Assembly: GCA_030645575.1 (NCBI GenBank)
Contig: JAUSMJ010000005.1
Location: 11,552 to 75,551 of the forward strand
Reading direction: 5' to 3'
Source: Caulobacter sp.
GTDB taxonomy: Bacteria > Pseudomonadota > Alphaproteobacteria > Caulobacterales > Caulobacteraceae
Length of the DNA: 64,000 bases
The position numbers were made by a program, and so were the translations under genes. Below, piece after piece: positions 63,832-64,000 of the stretch. Within the stretch, counting starts at the first letter, position 1. Every line of letters begins with the position of its first letter. The notes under the pieces are model-generated. The model was not told the origin of the DNA. It made no database searches and saw only the letters and a program-made list of their open reading frames with translations.

Positions 63832-64000
63832 GCCATTTTCGCTCGATCAGACCGCGTTCCTTGCGAACGATCCAAACCAGTTCCGCCAAGGTCTTGCGAT
63901 CATAGCCCTTTTCGGAGGCGACGTGAACGTCCGGCCTGATCCAGATTTTGGCCTCGCCGCCGCCGCCCTCGACATGCACATGAACCGGTTCCCGAGGATT
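63815..64000 (-). CDS. DUF4160 domain protein (second copy, 5' end outside window)
   Basis: Manual translation of the minus strand gives ...NPREPVHVHVEGGGGEAKIWIRPDVHVASEKGYDRKTLAELVWIVRKERGLIERKWHEHFG, with stop TAA at 63815-63817. Paralogous to 53830-54075. Overlaps the DUF2442 start by 17 nt. Confidence 0.7.
   Translation of the reverse strand, partial: NPREPVHVHVEGGGGEAKIWIRPDVHVASEKGYDRKTLAELVWIVRKERGLIERKWHEHFG

Overview
High-GC (about 68-70%) alphaproteobacterial chromosome, Caulobacteraceae-like: the Obg/CgtA, L21 and PleC-like proteins resemble Caulobacter, and CcrM-type GANTC sites cluster in one promoter. All family names below come from reading the translated ORFs and recalling families; no search was run.

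Housekeeping backbone:
- obg, rpmA and rplU
- ccmIEFH, a DegP protease and a two-component pair
- glnE, pepN, icd and rpsD
- grxD and bolA
- adhC and fghA (formaldehyde detoxification)
- a MacAB-like efflux set

Accessory modules:
1. An RcGTA-type gene transfer agent / defective-prophage structural cluster (about 5.5-17.3 kb, prohead protease through the g15 host-specificity protein). It has no terminase or portal gene in this window. It is interrupted by one reverse-strand orphan gene, a convergent pair of small membrane-protein genes, and several structured repeat elements.
2. A low-GC two-gene satD/satE-like island (34.0-35.3 kb). SatD carries a GGDEF-like LGDEF motif plus an HTH, and repeated TGAACC half-sites lie upstream.
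3. A BrnT/BrnA toxin-antitoxin pair.
4. Two paralogous DUF4160/DUF2442 overlapping gene pairs. One is wedged inside the adhC-fghA operon.
5. A palindrome-preceded membrane protein plus a COG0523 His-rich GTPase, a putative zinc-starvation module.

Intergenic regions carry at least three families of structured repeats:
- nested palindromes with a GTCCC-NN-GGGAC core
- CCGTCATGGCCCG-type inverted repeats
- CCCTCYCC hairpin-ended elements

Six GANTC sites lie within about 220 bp upstream of a PleC-like histidine kinase.

No rRNA, tRNA, CRISPR array, transposase or integrase was recognised by eye. Many long ORFs in the track are antisense or off-frame shadows typical of high-GC DNA and were not called.
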